Source: Octopus sinensis
Lineage: Eukaryota
Assembly: GCF_006345805.1 (NCBI RefSeq)
Contig: NC_043018.1
Location: 3,596,001-3,660,000 of the forward strand
Length of the DNA: 64,000 bases
Reading direction: 5' to 3'
Shown: piece by piece, positions 1 through 12,573 of the stretch
Position numbering within the stretch: position 1 is the first letter of the stretch
Layout of the letters: every line of letters starts with the position of its first letter
The notes under the pieces: generated by a model
Database searches by the model: none
The model's input: only the letters and a program-made list of their open reading frames with translations
What the model was told of the DNA's origin: nothing
Made by a program: the position numbers and the translations under genes

Positions 1-279
1 TAGGACAAGATATTGTGATAGCCTGGGCTTCAGAGGCCCACAGCTCTTCAATATCCTCCCGAAGAACCTGAGGACTGGATCTCTTCCTGTCAGGTGTCCC
101 GGATGAACCAACTTCACGGCAGGAGGTGCAGATGAGGGCAGCTGCATCGAACTCTCTCATGCATCAGATGGCAATTGCTAAAAAGCATTCGTGAAGTAAA
201 ATCATATAGCAACACCAAATGGCGGTGCCCCAGCATGGCCACAGCTCGTGAGCTGAAACTAGATAAAATAAAATAAAAA
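1..279 (+). mobile_element. 3' end of a CR1-clade LINE copy (same family as 46870-51784), cut by the window edge
   Basis: Colinear with 51470-51760, with a net ~38-bp deletion after GAAGAACCTGA. Same 3' UTR (AATGGCGGTGCCCCAGCATGGCCACAGCTC...GAGCTGAAACTAGA), followed by a (TAAAA)n tail. Confidence 0.9.
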
Positions 280-290
280 ATTTTTAATAA

Positions 291-543
291 ATATGGGAGA
301 CCACTAAGTGGATCCTTTGTATGCTAAAGATAGACGCCAAACCGTCTTACCACTAAATCTGTGATCTCAACTTAGCAAGACGCGAGATGTTTACGAGCTT
401 AACAAATGAAAAGTGCTATGTTTGTTTCTTTTCATTTGTCTTGCTCGTAAACATCTTACTCAGTTGAGATCACAGATTTAGTGGTAAGACGGTTTGACGT
501 CTATTTTTAGCATAGAAGGGGTCCACTTAGTGATCTCTCATAT
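291..543. mobile_element. Fold-back (inverted-repeat) element, MITE-like
   Basis: Left arm ATATGGGAGACCACTAAGTGG...CCGTCTTACCACTAAATCTGTGATCTCAACT...ACAAATGAAAAG is the reverse complement of the right arm, around a ~15-nt loop. Confidence 0.75.
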
Positions 544-1069
544 TATGCTTTCTGTCACTGTTACCGATAAATTATCTTGTAATAAAGAGTTGCCTCCCTT
601 CCACTCTGCAATTCATTCCTAACAAGTTTTCACTGAACAACACCGACAATTATAAACGTTCCAGACGTGACCGACTAGTAATTTGGTATATCCGGGAGAA
701 CTACATTGCTGCCCTTTTTTCTTCTTTTTTTTTTCCTGTTCTCTAGTTTTTCCTTTTGTTTTTTTCGTTTTTTATTGAGGGGGAAGCTTTTTATTGTTTG
801 ATTTTTCTTTCTCCAGCTAAGAGAAAAAATTCATTTAAGCAATTTATTCGTATCAATACCGACGTTCAGTGTTCCTTAAATCCGTGATTAAGCAAAGCAG
901 GAGCTCACACGAGGGCGGAAAGTATCACTGAAGAGGTCACAGCCGTGTGACGAAAGATTTTCGGACAATGGACATGAGTTAAAATTAGAACAGTAATAAA
1001 CTAGCCAAAACCGAATAATATAATATAATGCGTGTTTTGCCGAAAAGAAAAGATTAAAAAATTACCATA

Positions 1070-1476
1070 GGCGCAGGGGTGGCTGTGTGGTAAGTAGCTT
1101 GCCTACCAACCACATGGTTCTGGGTTCAGTCCCACTGCGTGGCATCTTGGGCAAGTGTTTTCTGCTATAGCCTCGGGCCGACCAATGCCTTGTGAGTGGA
1201 TTTGGTAGACGGAAACTGAAAGAAGCCTGTCGTATATATGTATATATATGTATGTATGTATATGTTTGTGTGTCTGTGTTTGTCCCCCTAGCATTGCTTG
1301 ACAACCGATGCTGGTGTGTTTACGTCCCCGTCACTTAGCGGTTCGGCAAAAGAGACCGATAGAATAAGTACTGGGCTTACAAAGAATAAGTCCCGGGGTC
1401 GATTTGCTCAACTAATTGCGGTGCTCCAACATGGCCGCAGTCAGATGACTGAAACAAGTAAAAGAGAGAAAAAGAG
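1070..1476 (+). mobile_element. tRNA-derived SINE family A (internal AT/GT microsatellite, CR1-like 3' tail), full-length copy
   Basis: Head GGCGCAGGGGTGGCTGTGTGG (A box) and GGTTCAGTCCC (B box), internal microsatellite, tail GCGGTGCTCCAACATGGCCGCAGTCAGATGACTGAAACAAGTAAAAGAG. Further copies at ~6857-7450 (interrupted), 10448-10812, 13039-13345, 17060-17440, 39590-40029(-), 41423-41832 and 51969-52362. Confidence 0.85.
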
Positions 1477-2146
1477 TAATCCCCGAAATTCAAAAATATC
1501 TGTTTTTAAATTTTACTTTTAATTTGCGCAATTGCTAAACGTCAAGATCTCGCTACAAGGGGAAGATAACTCTTCCTTTCATAATTGAATCGTTTGTTCA
1601 GAACGACGAGAAATTTGATTTAGGAAATCCAGAATAAAAAGAGGAGTCAAATCTGGGTACCACATTTTGTAGATTAGGGTATACTTGATCCGTTTAAAAA
1701 AGAAAAGAAAAAAAAGGCTGTAATTTTAAGGGACATTTGGGTGATGCATCAACCAGGTTCAGAATCCATAAAGAGTGCCTCGATTTTCGCTGTTCCCTTT
1801 TCGAACTCCGTTCGCAATTCCCTTTCAGATCTACCTCCTTCCACTTCAACACGCTCCTCCACCCCATATACACCCTGACCATTTGCGCAAATACTTCTGG
1901 TTGCTTCAAGTCATTAAGGTCCTTTAGTCTTGACAGTCAAAGTCCCTGTTACTACGCCCAAATATTGATTTCAACTTTTGGCACAAGGCCAGCAATTTCA
2001 GAGGAGGGTCCAAATCGATTATATCGACCCTATTGTTCAACTGGTGCTTAATTTATCAATCCCGAAAGGATGAAAGACAGTCAGCCTCAGCGGAATTTGA
2101 ACTTAGAACGTGACGACGGACGAAAATGCTGCTAAGAATTATACCC

Positions 2147-2377
2147 ATTTCTTTACTACCCACAAGGGGCTAAACACAGAGAGGACAAACAAGGACAGAC
2201 AAACGGATTAAGTCGATTACATCGACTCCAGTGCGTAACTGGTACTTAATTTATCGACCCCGAAAGTATGAAAAGCAAAGTCGACCTCGGCGGAATTTGA
2301 ACTCAGAACGTAACGGCAGACGAAATACGGCTACGCATTTCGCCCGGCGTGCTGACGATTTCTGCCAGATCACCGCC
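2147..2377 (-). mobile_element. tRNA-derived SINE family B
   Basis: Minus strand: GGCG...CTGGCAGAAATCGTCAGC head, GAGTTCAAATTCC B box, tail TGTGTTTAGCCCCTTGTGGGTAGTAAAGAAAT. More than 15 further copies or fragments, e.g. 11875-12075, 18231-18463, 21062-21290, 24728-24959, 36118-36332, 42548-42960 and 46121-46350. Confidence 0.85.
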
Positions 2378-2609
2378 ATATTAAACTCAAATAATTACAC
2401 CCGGAAACTTGCTCCTGTATTGCACCAAACTCTTAACCCTTTCACCCTCTACAGAGATAGCATTTTAACATTGGAAAATACGATGTCTCCGTTGGTCTCA
2501 TTCCAAAGAAAGACAACTCTGATGACCCAAGCAAAATATCGACTTCTTGCTTTCGCTTCTAACATCAACGGAATGGAAACGTTAATAATAGCGTTCTCCA
2601 ATAGCTTCC

Positions 2610-2935
2610 ATTTCCCTCCCCCCTCTTTCTTTCTTTCTTTCCTTCTTTCTCTCTGTCCCTTTTTTCCTTCGTTTCTCCTTCTTTCCTTCTTTTCATTCTC
2701 AGTTTCTTTCTTATTCCTTCTTTCTTTCTTTCCTTCCTTCCTTCTTTCCTTCCATTATCTCATTCATTCTTAATTTATTTCTCTCTCTCCCTCACTTACG
2801 CTTTTTTCCTTCCTTTCTTTCCTTCCACCCTCACTTCTTTCCTTTCTTTCTCTCTTCTTTTCCTTCTATCTTTATTACTCTTTCTCCCTCTCTCTCCCAC
2901 TCTTTCTCTCCTTTTTCCTTCCATCCATCCATCCT
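2610..2935. repeat. CT-rich low-complexity tract
   Basis: (TTTC/TTCC/CT)n mixture. Confidence 0.9.
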
Positions 2936-2937
2936 TT

Positions 2938-3029
2938 CAGTTCTATATTTAAGAGATGAGGAATTATATACATTATTTACATTATTTACAATTGACGGAT
3001 ACTTGTCCTCATCTTGTTTGTTGTTAAAC

Positions 3030-3086
<57 letters not shown>

Positions 3087-3306
3087 CATTATTATTCAGG
3101 TCACTGCCTGAAATCGAACTCAGTATCTTGGGATTAGTAGACCGCAATCTTAACCACAATTCTTTACTTTGCTGTAGCTACCAACACTTATAAGACTTGC
3201 CAATTTTTCCGAGTAGTCTGACTTGTTCATCACCACTGTAGCATAGTGGTTGAGAAGCGCAGGCTACTAACCCCAAGATTCCGAGTTCGATTCCAGGCAG
3301 TGACCA

Positions 3307-3365
<59 letters not shown>

Positions 3366-3425
3366 GTGTTACAACAAACAAGATGAGGACAAATATCCGT
3401 CAAATGTAAATAATGTACATCATTT
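2938..3425. mobile_element. Head-to-head pair of short tRNA-head/(AAT)n/Penelope-like-tail elements
   Basis: Minus copy 2938-3147 and plus copy 3238-3420. Each has a head (TAGTGGTT...GAGTTCGATTCCAGGCAGTGACC), then (AAT)n, then ACAACAAACAAGATGAGGACAAATATCCGTCAAATGTAAATAATGTA. The same tail occurs at 29560-29647. Confidence 0.8.
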
Positions 3426-5342
3426 CTTTCTTTCATTCATTCTGTCTTTCTTCTTCCCCCCGTCCACCATTACGGCTTCGGCAGAGACAGATGTCTACTA
3501 TTCGTTGTGACTCACAATTCGGTTCTCGCTTTAGAGAAGCTCTCCAAAAGCGCAATCTGGTTGTTCTCGTCGTCAGCAAATCCTTCCTTCCTTCCTTCCT
3601 GACAAATGTCCAATCGAAATCAGCCGTTTTCTGATTTCCATCCCCCTTTCATCTCTTCGACTGGTAACTTTCTACTCCGTTACACAATTCTGGCATATTC
3701 TTTTATTCTTTTACTGGTTTCAGTCATTTGACTGCGACCATACTGGTGCACCACCTTTTGTCGAACTAGTCGACCTCAGGACATATATTTGTAAGCCTAG
3801 TAGCTATTCTTTCGCTCTCTTTTGCCGAACTGCTAAATTACAGGGGTGGGGTCGTAATTCCACCAAGATCGGTTGTCAAGCGATGGTGAAGGAACAAACA
3901 CAGACACCACTACTTTATTATCTCCCCTTCTCCCTAGCTCTCCCGTGTGACCCATCTGTCCGGCATTCGTCATGATAGATCGCTAGCCACCAAACATTCT
4001 TTATTTTTCTCCTTGTTTCTTTCCGTGTTCCTTTCTGTGGAAGAGTGTAGGCGCGAATCGTTAAAGACTTTTTCACTTCCCGAGCGTTATACTAATAAAT
4101 CTGTTTGTTATCTACACCACCTGTCTCCGTCTAACACAAGCTCTTAATCATTACAAGAAAACACCACCTCACGATGCACCGAATAAACATAATCATCACC
4201 CAACCAGAGCACTCACAGCATTCCAAGCGCCGAGGTTATCTCAGCATTTAAAACGACTGCCTCACCGATTACACTGCACAACAAAAGTTTTATTTACTTA
4301 TTTGTTTATTTATCTATTTGTCTTTGGTCTGTAAATGGTATTTCTTATTTGTGTCTATCTAGAGATCAAAGGAAATTGCTACTTTTCCCTTCAAACTTTG
4401 CTTTTGTGACCTGGACATCAACGTTTTGAAACTGACCAATTTTCCATTACATTTCACACAAATTCAGCACTGAGTTGCTGAAGCAGAAATATCATTATAG
4501 CAAATATTCTGTTCAATACTACAGATTTACTTGTCAGTTACTTGACCATAACCACTTGAGCATGTCCCTTAGTGGCTGGCAATATGTGCATCAGGAGTAG
4601 TGGTGAAGCATCATAGCCATGTGTTGAGAGGGATTCTTTGGAATTTGAACATATGTAACAAAAGCTTGTAAGTTTGAAGGAAATGTTAGTCATTTTCCAT
4701 ATTTTCTAGGAGTAAGCAAACAGGAAATAACAGTTGCTACCCAAGAACAACAAGGTTGTTACGTAGTGTTACCACTCCAAGCAAAACCATAGCCTTAACA
4801 TAGCTAGGACGACATCCTAAAGACAGATGCATCTCTTTAGGGCCAGAAAGTATTTCATCCTCCAACAGCTATTCATATTGTGCCAGTCTCACATGATGTC
4901 CTCAGTGCAGAGATGCTCCTAAACCAGGAACGGTGCTGCTGCTACGAAGATAGACATCTTAAACAGATTCCAGAGAAGGATCACTCGACTGACTTGCACT
5001 CACTCACCACTAGGCAGATTCACTCACTCACCACTAGGCAAATTCACGGTCCTCGGACATGCTGTTTTCTTTTATATTAACGACTGTAGTAGACTCTGTT
5101 CTTCAGAGCTGGCTGACCTGTACCACCACCACTCAGGTAACCACGACCAAGTCATCTGTTCGCCTCTTGTCATCCTTGTAGCGTTCAACTATTGATCCAA
5201 TCCTGCACTAAACGCAATGTTCAGTCCATTATCTACAGAACTTCGGCCTTCTCCAATCTTTTCTTTGGTCACGTTAGTCCGGTTCTCACATAGATCAGAA
5301 GAAATTCATAATCTACCTTTAAAATAAAAATAAATGCGCCCT

Positions 5343-5575
5343 TTCAAAGCCTAGCCAGGCTCATGGGCTCCGGTTTCTATGGCGTATGTGTTCCGCAGCA
5401 GGATGGGACGCCAGTCCATCGCAGCGTTACTAATTTTTGCCAGCCGAGTGGACTGGAGCAACGTGAAATGAAGTGTTTTGCTCAAGAACACAACGCGTCG
5501 CCCGGTCAAAGAATCGAAACCACAATCTTACGATCATGGTGCTGACACCCTAACCACTAAACCACGCGCCTCCAC
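5343..5575 (-). mobile_element. tRNA-derived SINE family D, partial
   Basis: CTGGAGCAACGTGAAATGAAGTGTTTTGCTCAAGAACACAACGC...GAATCGAAACC...ACCCTAACCACTAAACCACGCGCCTCC. Related copies at 9280-9659(-), 22280-22505(-), 41845-42150(-) and 43560-43700(-). Confidence 0.75.
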
Positions 5576-5624
5576 ATAATCTACTTTTAGAAAAACTAAA
5601 CTTAGGCAATACACTTCTTTTTCA

Positions 5625-5755
5625 ATCCTTGAACCCCAACTCAAACGAAGCTTACAGAAAGCTGAAAGAGGAAGTGCAGACGGCTCTAAGGAATATTAAA
5701 CAGGAATGGTGGAATGATAGAGCAAATGGGGTGCAAGAAGCAGCTGACAGACATG
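5625..5755 (+). mobile_element. RTE-clade LINE ORF2 fragment (EN-RT linker)
   Basis: Translates as NSNEAYRKLKEEVQTALRNIKQEWWNDRANGVQEAADRH, resembling the RTE linker ending W..ka.eiq.aAD.HD. Recognised from memory, not searched. Confidence 0.55.
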
Positions 5756-5756
5756 G

Positions 5757-5813
5757 CATACATATATACATACAGTCAGACAGACACACACACACACATA
5801 TACATACATACAT

Positions 5814-5848
<35 letters not shown>

Positions 5849-5867
5849 CACACACACACAAACAAAC

Positions 5868-5898
<31 letters not shown>

Positions 5899-6060
5899 TA
5901 CATACATACATACATGCATGCATGCATGCATGCATACATACATACAAACATACATACATACATACATACATACATACATACATACATACATGCATACAAC
6001 ATACATACATACATACATACATACATACATACATACATACATACATACATACATACATAC
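5757..6060. repeat. Compound (CATA)n/(CAGA)n/(CA)n microsatellite
   Basis: Direct reading; source of the YIHT/MYVC pseudo-ORFs. Confidence 0.95.
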
Positions 6061-6106
6061 TAAGTGGCTGACTGACTCACAGACAGATCAACAGATAGAC
6101 AGACAT

Positions 6107-6665
6107 AGGCTGTGCAAGACCAACACTGAAGACATCAACCACATAATTGTCAACTGCAAGAGAATGTCTTCCAGATATCTTTCCATGGATTATGATACAG
6201 TTTCCAGAACAATTTGAAACGAAATAACAAAAAAAAAACAAAAAAGAAAAACACCTACAGACGAAGATGACTATATTGAGGCCGATGGGTTAAAAAAATA
6301 TTCGTGGAACTTATAAATTAAAAGAGTTACTAAGTTAAAACACAACCGGTCCGATAGTGTTGTGTGGGACCACAAGGAACTGATATGTTCTGCAGAGAAA
6401 ATCAGCTACCGCCTGGACAGCAGTGTGGTCAGAAAAATACAAGAGAAAGAGGACATTTATGGACGATAGATGAGTTTTCAAATGCCGTGTCATACTTATT
6501 ATCAACGGAACAACATGATACACAGCAACCCGCCTGGAGCAGAGTATGGCTGAACTTGGAATCTTGTGGAGAGGAACGCAAATCCTTAATTCATAAACTA
6601 CAAATGATCACGGTATCCGGGATTAATAAAATCTGCAAGACCCTCCCTCCTGAAGATTTTTAGGG
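6107..6665 (+). mobile_element. Decayed 3' fragment of an RLE-clade (R4/Dong-like) LINE
   Basis: RLCKTNTEDINHIIVNC (zinc-knuckle-like), then KHNRSDSVVWDH (HNRPD-type RLE motif), ...EKEDIY, and ITVSGINKICKT near the end. Interrupted by stops and frameshifts. Confidence 0.6.
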
Positions 6666-6758
6666 TGATGAGTAAAATAAGACGCTTTTCTTCACAACCT
6701 TGTTCTCATGCAAGTGGCTAGGTCAAGTTTATTCTGATTTAAAAAGAGAAAGAGAACA

Positions 6759-6792
<34 letters not shown>

Positions 6793-7019
6793 CATACATA
6801 CATAAATACATACACACACATACATACATGCATACATACATACATACATACATACAAGCGCAGGAGTGGCTGTGTAGTAAGAAGTTTGCTTCTCAACCAC
6901 ATGATTCCATGTTCAGTCCCACTGCGTGGCACCATGGGCCAGTATCTTCTACTATAGCCTCGGCCCGACCAAAACCCTTGCGAATGGATTTGGTTGACGG
7001 ACACTGAAAGAAGCCCGTC

Positions 7020-7085
<66 letters not shown>

Positions 7086-7087
<2 letters not shown>

Positions 7088-7217
7088 TTATTTTGTAGAA
7101 GGAGCTTCTACAGAACTAGAACTGTTTTATTCAAAAGAAATCATCAGGAAGCTTCCTGATGATTTCTTTTGAATGAAACAGTTCTATTCCTGTAGAAGCT
7201 CCTTCTATAAAATAAAT
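7086..7217. repeat. 132-bp near-perfect palindrome inserted in the (TA)n tract of a SINE
   Basis: Centred on AAG|CTT (7151/7152); arms pair base by base apart from ~4 positions. Confidence 0.95.
7150..7200 (+). ncRNA. Type I hammerhead ribozyme motif with complete catalytic core
   Basis: Stem I AGCTTC(7150-55)/GAAGCT(7195-7200); CTGATGA 7156-62; short stem II TTC/GAA with TTTT loop and a U.U base mismatch; GAAA 7175-78; stem III ACAG/CTGT with 8-nt loop; GUA cleavage triplet ending at 7194. Confidence 0.75.
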
Positions 7218-7282
7218 TAATTTACTCTGCTATGTATTGAGTACCTTATTTACTGTGGTTAACCCCGACTCAACCCGGGACC

Positions 7283-7321
<39 letters not shown>

Positions 7322-7579
7322 CACACACACACATTTATATATATATACACATACATGTATGTATGTGTGTTTGTTACCCCACCATCGCTTGATAACCGAT
7401 GCTGGCGGGTTTACGTCTCCGTCACATAGCAGTTCGGCAAAATAGATAGATAAAGAGAGAGAGGGGGGAGAGAGAAAGAGAGAGAGGGGGGAGAAAGAGA
7501 GAGAGAGAGAGAGAGAGATCAACCTTATTAGTTGTAAGCTTCATAAATTTCTTTCTTTTTAACACAGTATGGAATAAAA

Positions 7580-8093
7580 TTCCAACCAGGAATGGCGCGT
7601 CTGCGAGTGAATTGGTATTCGCTGCATGTCAGCCCAGATTGTGCAATCCTCACAAAAGGAAGCACTACAGTCTTTCATAACCTGGTTTTCCGTCATTCAA
7701 TATCCAGTATTATAAAGCCTTCCATTAATATATAAATTAATTGCTTAACAAAGAAAAGCAGACAGCCTAATTAAGTCACCTGTTCTCTGCTAATTGTCTC
7801 AGTAACAGCGAAAGCGTAAGTAGTCAGGGGAAGTAACTCTATTTTCACTTCGCACCGGATATCATTAGCAACGGAGAATAACCGAAAAACGGACCTAAAC
7901 ACGCGGAAGATTAGCAACGCAGATCGAACTTGCTATCGTAGAGAAACCATTGTTCTAATCTCCTTCTACTTGGCAACCCTTTTGTATTTTTTTGGTTCAG
8001 ACGGGTTGAGTGGAGCTGTAAGAGGGACGCAAGGAAGCCGTAAGCTCAATTAACGGGAACCTGTCAAAACAAATCGCCAGCAATTTGACAACC
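7580..8093 (+). promoter_or_regulatory. Probable NADSYN1 promoter / 5' UTR region
   Basis: Non-repetitive and locally CpG-rich, immediately upstream of ACC-ATG-G at 8094. TTAGCAAC at 7865 and 7911; TGGCAAC at 7971. Confidence 0.45.
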
Positions 8094-8178
8094 ATGGTGC
8101 GCAAAGTGACCTTAGCGACATGTTCCCTGAACCAGTGGGCGATGGATTTCTCCGGAAATAAAAACCGGATCATCGAAA
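8094..8178 (+). CDS. NADSYN1: NADSYN1 exon 1
   Basis: [28 protein letters not shown]; donor GTAAGT. Confidence 0.95.
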
Positions 8179-8224
8179 GTAAGTGACTTTCGTCCGTTCT
8201 TTGTCTTTTAAATAGGTTATACTA

Positions 8225-9110
8225 TGCATAGTTGTTGTTGTTATTGTGATAATGGTGGTGGTGGTAGTGGTGGAGGTGGTGGTGGTGGTGGCTTTGGTGG
8301 TCGTCGTCGTCGTAGTGTTGATGGTGATCAAGCCAGTGGTAGTCTTGTTTTCGTATCGTGAGTGCCATGGCAGTGGTAGTGGTGGTTGTAGAGGTGGTAG
8401 TGGTGGTGGTGGTGGTTGTAGAGGTGGTGGTGGTGGTGGCGGTGGTGCCCTTGTCAGTAAGAGTGGCGTGTTGTAGTTGTGGGGGTAGTGCTGCTGTTGC
8501 TGGTCTTAGTAGTGATGGTATCTTGTCCGAGTGGTGGCATTGATGCTGTTGTTATTGTTAGTGTTGTTGGTGGTGGTGGTGACGGGGATGGGGCCATACC
8601 ACTGTGGTGGTGGTGGTGGTGATGGTATCGACGATGATAGTCATGTTTGTGTTATTGCTAATATGGCGCTCAAGTGTTGTTGTTCTTGTTGTTGTTGCTG
8701 TGCTGTGACGGTGATGGCGGTAGTGTTGGTGGTGACGATGTTCAACCCGATGTTGTTGGGGTGACGACACCGAGGTGGATGGTTATGTGGTTACGGTTTG
8801 GGCGATGGTTGTCATAGCAGTGTAGTTATCGCTGTTGTTGTTATGGTTGTGGTTGTCTTGTTGTTGTTGTTGATTCTTTGAGTGTTGCGGTGGTAGTATT
8901 CTGAGTAAACACCCACACCTATTGTGATGATTGTGTGTGTATGTGTGTGTGTGTTTGATGGTAATGTTGTTGGTAGTGTGGTAAGTGATGATAGTGTGTG
9001 TGAATATGTGTGGTAGGGGTGGTATCCTTGTTTCGATTGTTGTTGACCCTTTATATATTCTTGTGAGGATGTTGAGTGTGGGGTGGGGTGTGGTGAAATT
9101 CATTGGAATT
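8225..9110. repeat. (GTG/GTT)n low-complexity tract in intron 1
   Basis: Direct reading; source of the poly-V/G/H/T ORFs. Confidence 0.9.
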
Positions 9111-10408
9111 TCAACATCAACAACAGAGTATTGTTGTTTGTATGTATGTATGAATGTGTGTATGTATGTATGTGTGTATGTATGTATGTATGAATGTGTA
9201 TGTATGTGTGTATGTATGTGTGAATGTATGTATGTATGTATGTATGTATGAATGTATGTATGAATGTATGTATGTATCTGGAAGCACTCCGTCGGTTACG
9301 ACGACGAGGGTTCCGGTTGATCCGATCAACGGAACAGCCTGCTCGTGAAATTAACGTGTAAGTGGCTGAGCACTCCACAGACACGTGTACCCTTAACATA
9401 GTTCTCGGGGATATTCAGCGTGACACAGAGAGTGACAATGCCGGCCCTTTGAAATACAGGTACAACAGAAACAGGAAATAAGAGTGACAGAAAGTTGTGG
9501 TGAAAGAGTACAGCAGGGATCACCACCATCCCTGCCGGAGCCTCGTGGAGCTTTAGGTGTTTTCGCTCAATAAACACTCACAACGCCTGGTCTGGGAATC
9601 GAAACCGCGATCCTACGACCGCAAGTCCGCTGCCCTAACCACTGGGCCAATGCGCCTCCATGTATGTATCTATGTATGTATGTATGTGTGTATACATGCA
9701 GATTTGTATGTTTTATGTATATATTCTCATGCATATAGTTGCATATCTAGACATGCTCATACATATTTAAATCATAAACTTCTGGAAAGTTTTACAGATT
9801 TTTACAGTTCCAGTGATGGATTCGAGCGGTAGTCTTCGAATCACCTTTTTCCTTTCTAGTCTTGAGAAACCTAATTTCTCAAGATTGGTATTTAGGCAGT
9901 GAGTTATGTATGTATGTATATATGTATGTATGTATATATGTATGTATGTATGTATGGCTGGCAGGTTGGCTTAGTGTGTCTTGTTTGCTTTCTCTTACTC
10001 AGACTAGACGATATCAAACAATGACCTGATGTATTCACACTACACTTCCATTTCTAAACAATGACAGCAGCAATAGCAACAACATCAACATTAAAGTGGG
10101 CAATAACAATTACACCTTTTAAAAAATAATTCTAAGTAGCACCCCGGGGTACATAGTCTGTGACAAACGAGCAGTCTTCTCTGCAACATCTAGGTTTACA
10201 CCTCCTTGTTCACTATAGAAACTAATAAACTGTGCGGTCAGTTTGTGTGTGTGTATGTATGTACGTGTGCGTGTGGGTGTGCACATGCATATTAGTACGT
10301 ATGAATACGTACATTCATATTCATATGAGTGTATATATATATATATATAATGCTATGCCACTTTGTTATAATCTTTATTATTCTTATTGTTGAAATATAT
10401 ATATATAT

Positions 10409-10448
<40 letters not shown>

Positions 10449-10890
10449 TGGCTGTGTGTTAAGTAGCTTGTTTACCAACCACATGGTTCCAGGTTCAGTC
10501 CCACTGTGTGGCGCCTTGGATAAGTGTCTTCTACTATAGCCTGGTGCCGACAAAATTCTTGTGAGTGGATTTGGTAGGCATAAACTGAAAGAAGCCTGTC
10601 ATATATACATATATGTGTGTTTGCACCACGCCCCTCAACATCACTTGACAACCGATGCTGATGTGTTCACATCCCTGTAACTTAGCAGTTTGGCAAAAGA
10701 AACCGATAGAATATGTACTAGGCTTACAAGAATAAGTCCTGGATTCGATTTGTTCAACTAAAGGCTGTGCACCAGCATGGCCGCAGTCAAATGGCTGAAA
10801 CAAATAAAAGAAAATATATATATGTATATATATACACACACACACATTCACACACAGACATATATATATGTACACAGAAAGAAAGAGAAT

Positions 10891-10963
<73 letters not shown>

Positions 10964-11282
10964 AGATAGATAGACAGATAGATATGCATGATGTATACAT
11001 GCATGCATGTATGTGTATGTGTGTGTTATATGTTTATTAATAGCTCTAAACTTCATTATCACCACCACCACCACTTCCACTTTCTCTGCACTTGATATCT
11101 TTTTCAGTTTCACTTTAGTTTCCCAGAAAATAACAGTCATTCTATTCTTAGAAATCAATGACGTTTCTCCTATTTTTTATCTTCAGTGTTGTTGTAAACG
11201 ATCAGGAACAGGGAGTGGGGATATGCAGTAGGTGTTGGGGTTTTTTAAAGGACTGGGGAAGAAGGGAGTCATACGGGATGAG

Positions 11283-11328
<46 letters not shown>

Positions 11329-11780
11329 TTTATATTTACACACACTCATTCTGCATAATCATTGCTATTATGTTAAATTGTCATATGTCCAAATTTGGTC
11401 AAATGCGTTTTTTTTTCTTTCCAATATTTATTTTTGCTTGCAATAACCAGTTCAAATTCCACTGAGGTCAACATTACTTTTCATTCTTTCGGGGTTGATA
11501 AGATAAGTACCAGTTGAATACTGGGGGGGGTCAGTGTAATTGACTTATCTCCATCCCCGAAATTGCTGGCCTTGTGCCAAAATTTGAAACCATTATTATT
11601 ATTATTATTACTACTACTACTATTAACATTCTTCAAATACTACCAAGATCGGCTTTGCCCTTCATCTTTTCTGGGTCGATAAAATAAGTACCAGTTATGC
11701 ACTGGGGTCGATGTAATCTAATTTCCCCTCCCCTCAAAAATTGCTGGCTTTGTGCCAAAACTTGAAACATTACTATTGTT

Positions 11781-11815
<35 letters not shown>

Positions 11816-11823
11816 TATCATTA

Positions 11824-11854
<31 letters not shown>

Positions 11855-12084
11855 CATCATTATTATTATTTGGAAGGTAGCGAGCTGGCAGAATTGTTAG
11901 CATGCCGGGCAAATTGCTTTACTGGCATTTCATCCATCTTTACGTTCTGAGTTCAAATTCCGCTGAGGTTGACTTTACCTTTCATCCTTTCGGGGTCAAT
12001 TAAATAAGTACCAGTTACGCATTGGCATCACCCCATCCCCGTAAATTTCAGGCTTTGTGCCTCTAGTAGAAAGGATTATCATTA

Positions 12085-12290
<206 letters not shown>

Positions 12291-12519
12291 ATTTGGTTGG
12301 CCCGAGGCTATAGTAGATGGCACTTGCCCAAGGTGTCATGTAGTGGGACTGAACCCAGAACCAAGTGGTTGGTAAGCAATCTATTTACCACACAGCCACT
12401 CCTACGCCTATACAAGCAAGATATCTTTTTTTTTTCAGAAAACCGACAGCTGTGCATGCTTACACGTCACCTCCCTCCATTGCAAAGGAAAGCTTGATAA
12501 CTTGGGTTGATACCACTTA

Positions 12520-12573
<54 letters not shown>

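Noticed and set aside
3500-3600. Minus-strand exon-like segment (GFADDENNQIALLESFSKARTE + GTGAGT) as a divergent neighbour such as DHCR7
   Set aside because: It has an upstream in-frame stop, no good acceptor or ATG, and no resemblance to DHCR7.
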